Source: Holophagae bacterium
GTDB taxonomy: Bacteria > Acidobacteriota > Thermoanaerobaculia > Thermoanaerobaculales > Sulfomarinibacteraceae
Length of the DNA: 64,000 nucleotides
Reading direction: 5' to 3'
Assembly: GCA_003105185.1 (NCBI GenBank)
Contig: PQAJ01000177.1
Coordinates: 14,848 to 78,847, forward strand
The translations under genes and the position numbers were made by a program. How positions within the stretch are numbered: the first letter of the stretch is position 1; each line of letters starts with the position of its first letter. A model generated the notes under the pieces. That model made no database searches. It worked only from the letters and a program-made list of their open reading frames with translations, and was not told the DNA's origin. Positions 62,155-64,000 of the stretch are shown piece by piece.

Positions 62155-62548
62155 CCCTGGTGGGGCGCGCATTGGCGTCGCGATTTCTGATGACCTGGGT
62201 ATCCTGGCCCACCCGCGCCCGGCGATCATCGAGAAGGGGCGGACGGCCGCGCTCCGCCGCATCGCCGAACTTGTGCGCTCGGAAGGCGTCGCGGAAGTGG
62301 TTGTCGGCCTCCCGCTTACGCTCCAGGGCGCGCGGGGTGCGCAGGCAGAGGAAGTCGGCCAGTTCGTCGCCGAGCTCCGCAAGCTCCTCGCCGTGCCCGT
62401 GACCGAAGTCGATGAGCGGCTCTCCTCGGCACAGGCGGAATGGCTGGTGCCCGGCGCGGGGAAGAAACGCGACGGTACACTCGACTCGGCTGCCGCCGCC
62501 GTCATCCTCCAGACCGTGCTCGATCGCCGGCGCGGGGGGCGCCGATGA
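62087..62548 (+). CDS. ruvX: Holliday-junction-resolvase-like pre-16S rRNA nuclease RuvX (YqgF)
   Basis: LLALDPGGARIGVAISD...VVVGLPLTLQG...VDERLSS...DSAAAAVILQ. The start (ATG 62087 or 62102) lies inside the 3' end of the preceding gene. Confidence 0.8.
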   Translation: MPRQRMTQPQPTAPPTRRLLALDPGGARIGVAISDDLGILAHPRPAIIEKGRTAALRRIAELVRSEGVAEVVVGLPLTLQGARGAQAEEVGQFVAELRKLLAVPVTEVDERLSSAQAEWLVPGAGKKRDGTLDSAAAAVILQTVLDRRRGGRR

Positions 62549-63633
62549 AGCGGGCACTGCCAACGCCAATCGCGATCATTGGGTTGCTGTTCACCGTGGC
62601 GGCCATCCTGGTTGCAAGCTACTGCGTTGCGCGCACACCGAAAGATGTCCTCGGCGGCGACTTCCCCGGTGCCGCCCCGGTGAGCAGCGACCGCACCCAG
62701 GTGCCCTACACGCTCGAAGCGGGCCGCTCAGCGGGCGACATCGGGAAAGACCTCGAGGAGCTCGGCATTATCCGTTCGGCGCGCCAATTCGAGCTGCTCG
62801 CGAGCCTGATGGGTGTGCATCGCCAGCTCAGCGCCGGGGACTTCCTGCTGGCGAAGAACTCCTCGACGCTTTCCATCCTGAACCGGCTGACGGTCCGGGA
62901 TCTCGTGCCGGTCCTGAAGGTGACCTTCCCGGAGGGTATCCGGTTCGAAGAGATGGCCGTGCTCGCTGAACAGGCGGGCTTCGGGCCCCGCGAGGAGTTC
63001 ATCGCTGCCGCCGGGCGGGCCAGGTTGCCCACCGGGCTGGCCGAGACGCTGCCCGAGGGCGCGGACCTCCAGGGCTACCTCTTCCCCGACACCTACATCC
63101 TCCCGGAAGGCTCCACGATGGACGACCTGGTCGCGTTGATGATCGAGACGCTGGACCGGCGGTTCTCGCCCGAGCTGCGGGCGGCGGCGCTTGCGCAAGG
63201 GCTCAACCCACACCAGGCGTTGACGCTCGCCGCTGTGGTAGAGCGGGAGGCGGTGCTGGCGGATGAACGGCCGCTGATCGCCGGGGTGTTCTACAACCGC
63301 CTGGCCGAGAACGACCGCCTCCAGGCCGACCCGACGGTCCAATTCGCCGCAGCGCTCGACCCGAAGTCGGTCGACGAGTTCGGCTGGTGGAAGAGGGAAC
63401 TGACCATCCTCGACCTCGAGAACCCGTCTCCCTACAACAGCTACCTGTTCCCCGGCCTGCCCCCCGGCCCGATCACGAACCCCGGGCTGGCTTCCATCGA
63501 GGCTGTTGCGAACCCCGAGGAGACGGACTACTACTACTTCGTCGCCGATGCGATAAAGGGCGACGGCTCACACGCATTCGCGGTTACCTTCGCCGAACAC
63601 GAACGAAACATCGCGACGGTCGGCGGGCGGTGA
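62545..63633 (+). CDS. mltG: endolytic murein transglycosylase MltG (YceG)
   Basis: The ATG at 62545 forms an ATGA overlap with ruvX. N-terminal TM helix. VTFPEGIRFEEM...LASIVEREA-like LAAVVEREA...YNSYLFPGLPPGPITNPG. Confidence 0.88.
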   Translation: MKRALPTPIAIIGLLFTVAAILVASYCVARTPKDVLGGDFPGAAPVSSDRTQVPYTLEAGRSAGDIGKDLEELGIIRSARQFELLASLMGVHRQLSAGDFLLAKNSSTLSILNRLTVRDLVPVLKVTFPEGIRFEEMAVLAEQAGFGPREEFIAAAGRARLPTGLAETLPEGADLQGYLFPDTYILPEGSTMDDLVALMIETLDRRFSPELRAAALAQGLNPHQALTLAAVVEREAVLADERPLIAGVFYNRLAENDRLQADPTVQFAAALDPKSVDEFGWWKRELTILDLENPSPYNSYLFPGLPPGPITNPGLASIEAVANPEETDYYYFVADAIKGDGSHAFAVTFAEHERNIATVGGR

Positions 63634-64000
63634 CGCGGCAGGCCGGTATCATCGGGCACCCGGTAGCCCACTCGCTCTCGCCGGTATTCCAGTCGGCGGC
63701 GTTCGCGCATTGCGGGCTCGATGTCGTGTACGAGAGATGGGACACCCCGGGAGGAAGGCTGCCTGAGCGTATTGCATCCCTGCGCGAGCCGGACGTGCTG
63801 GGCGCGAACGTGACCATCCCGCACAAGGAAGCCGTCATCCCGCTCCTCGACGAGCTGGGCGGCCAGAGCGCTCGCATGGGCGCGGTGAACACCATCGTGA
63901 ACCGCGAGGGCCGCCTGTTCGGGTTCAATACCGACGGCCCCGGATTCGTTGCCGCCCTCAAGGCGGAAGCCGTGTTCGACCCCGCCGGGAAGCGCGTACT
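63630..64000 (+). CDS. aroE: shikimate dehydrogenase (5' partial, runs off the window)
   Basis: Hand translation from GTG 63630, which overlaps the mltG TGA: VTRQAGIIGHPVAHSLSPVFQSAAF...GANVTIPHKEAV...GAVNTIVNREGRLFGFNTDGPGF. Confidence 0.8.
   Translation, partial: MTRQAGIIGHPVAHSLSPVFQSAAFAHCGLDVVYERWDTPGGRLPERIASLREPDVLGANVTIPHKEAVIPLLDELGGQSARMGAVNTIVNREGRLFGFNTDGPGFVAALKAEAVFDPAGKRV

Overview
High-GC (about 65-70% by eye, not computed) chromosomal segment. It is gene-dense and mostly housekeeping, and I see no rRNA, CRISPR array or prophage. The gene content would fit a Chloroflexota/Thermomicrobia-like or other high-GC monoderm-type organism, but that is a guess. Recognisable core genes: aspS, a family-5 peptide/nickel ABC importer (SBP plus two permeases, no ATPase), tig-clpP-clpX, a UbiA-family DPPR-synthase-like gene coupled to ybaK, tlyA-nadK-recN, an IscU-like scaffold, a peroxiredoxin and a MidA methyltransferase. 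Also present: a MarR / histidine-phosphatase / methyltransferase operon, an S26 peptidase, an ECF sigma factor, two tRNA-Glu genes flanking ccdA, PadR plus a DUF4153-like membrane protein, a stand-alone nuoI-nuoG pair, xseAB, a beta-carbonic anhydrase, aroQ-pepP-efp, xerC/D, topA-dprA, a CNNM/CorC transporter, glmU, alaS-(528 aa unknown)-ruvX-mltG-aroE. Accessory content: a RAYT transposase flanked by two REPIN-like elements, vapBC, hicAB, and several secreted or membrane hypotheticals. The most unusual signal is not a gene. Seven dispersed arrays of 4-6 tandem heptanucleotides occur, most with a unit of the form AATCGNN and typically with a variant middle unit. Two arrays form a conserved ~45-nt block ending 5 nt before the GTG starts of ybaK and aroQ. 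One array sits in frame inside xerC, and two sit in inverted orientation in a single intergenic spacer. They resemble cyanobacterial STRR heptamer repeats, and I do not know of a description for this kind of genome. The many long ORFs antisense to real genes are high-GC artefacts and are not reported as features.
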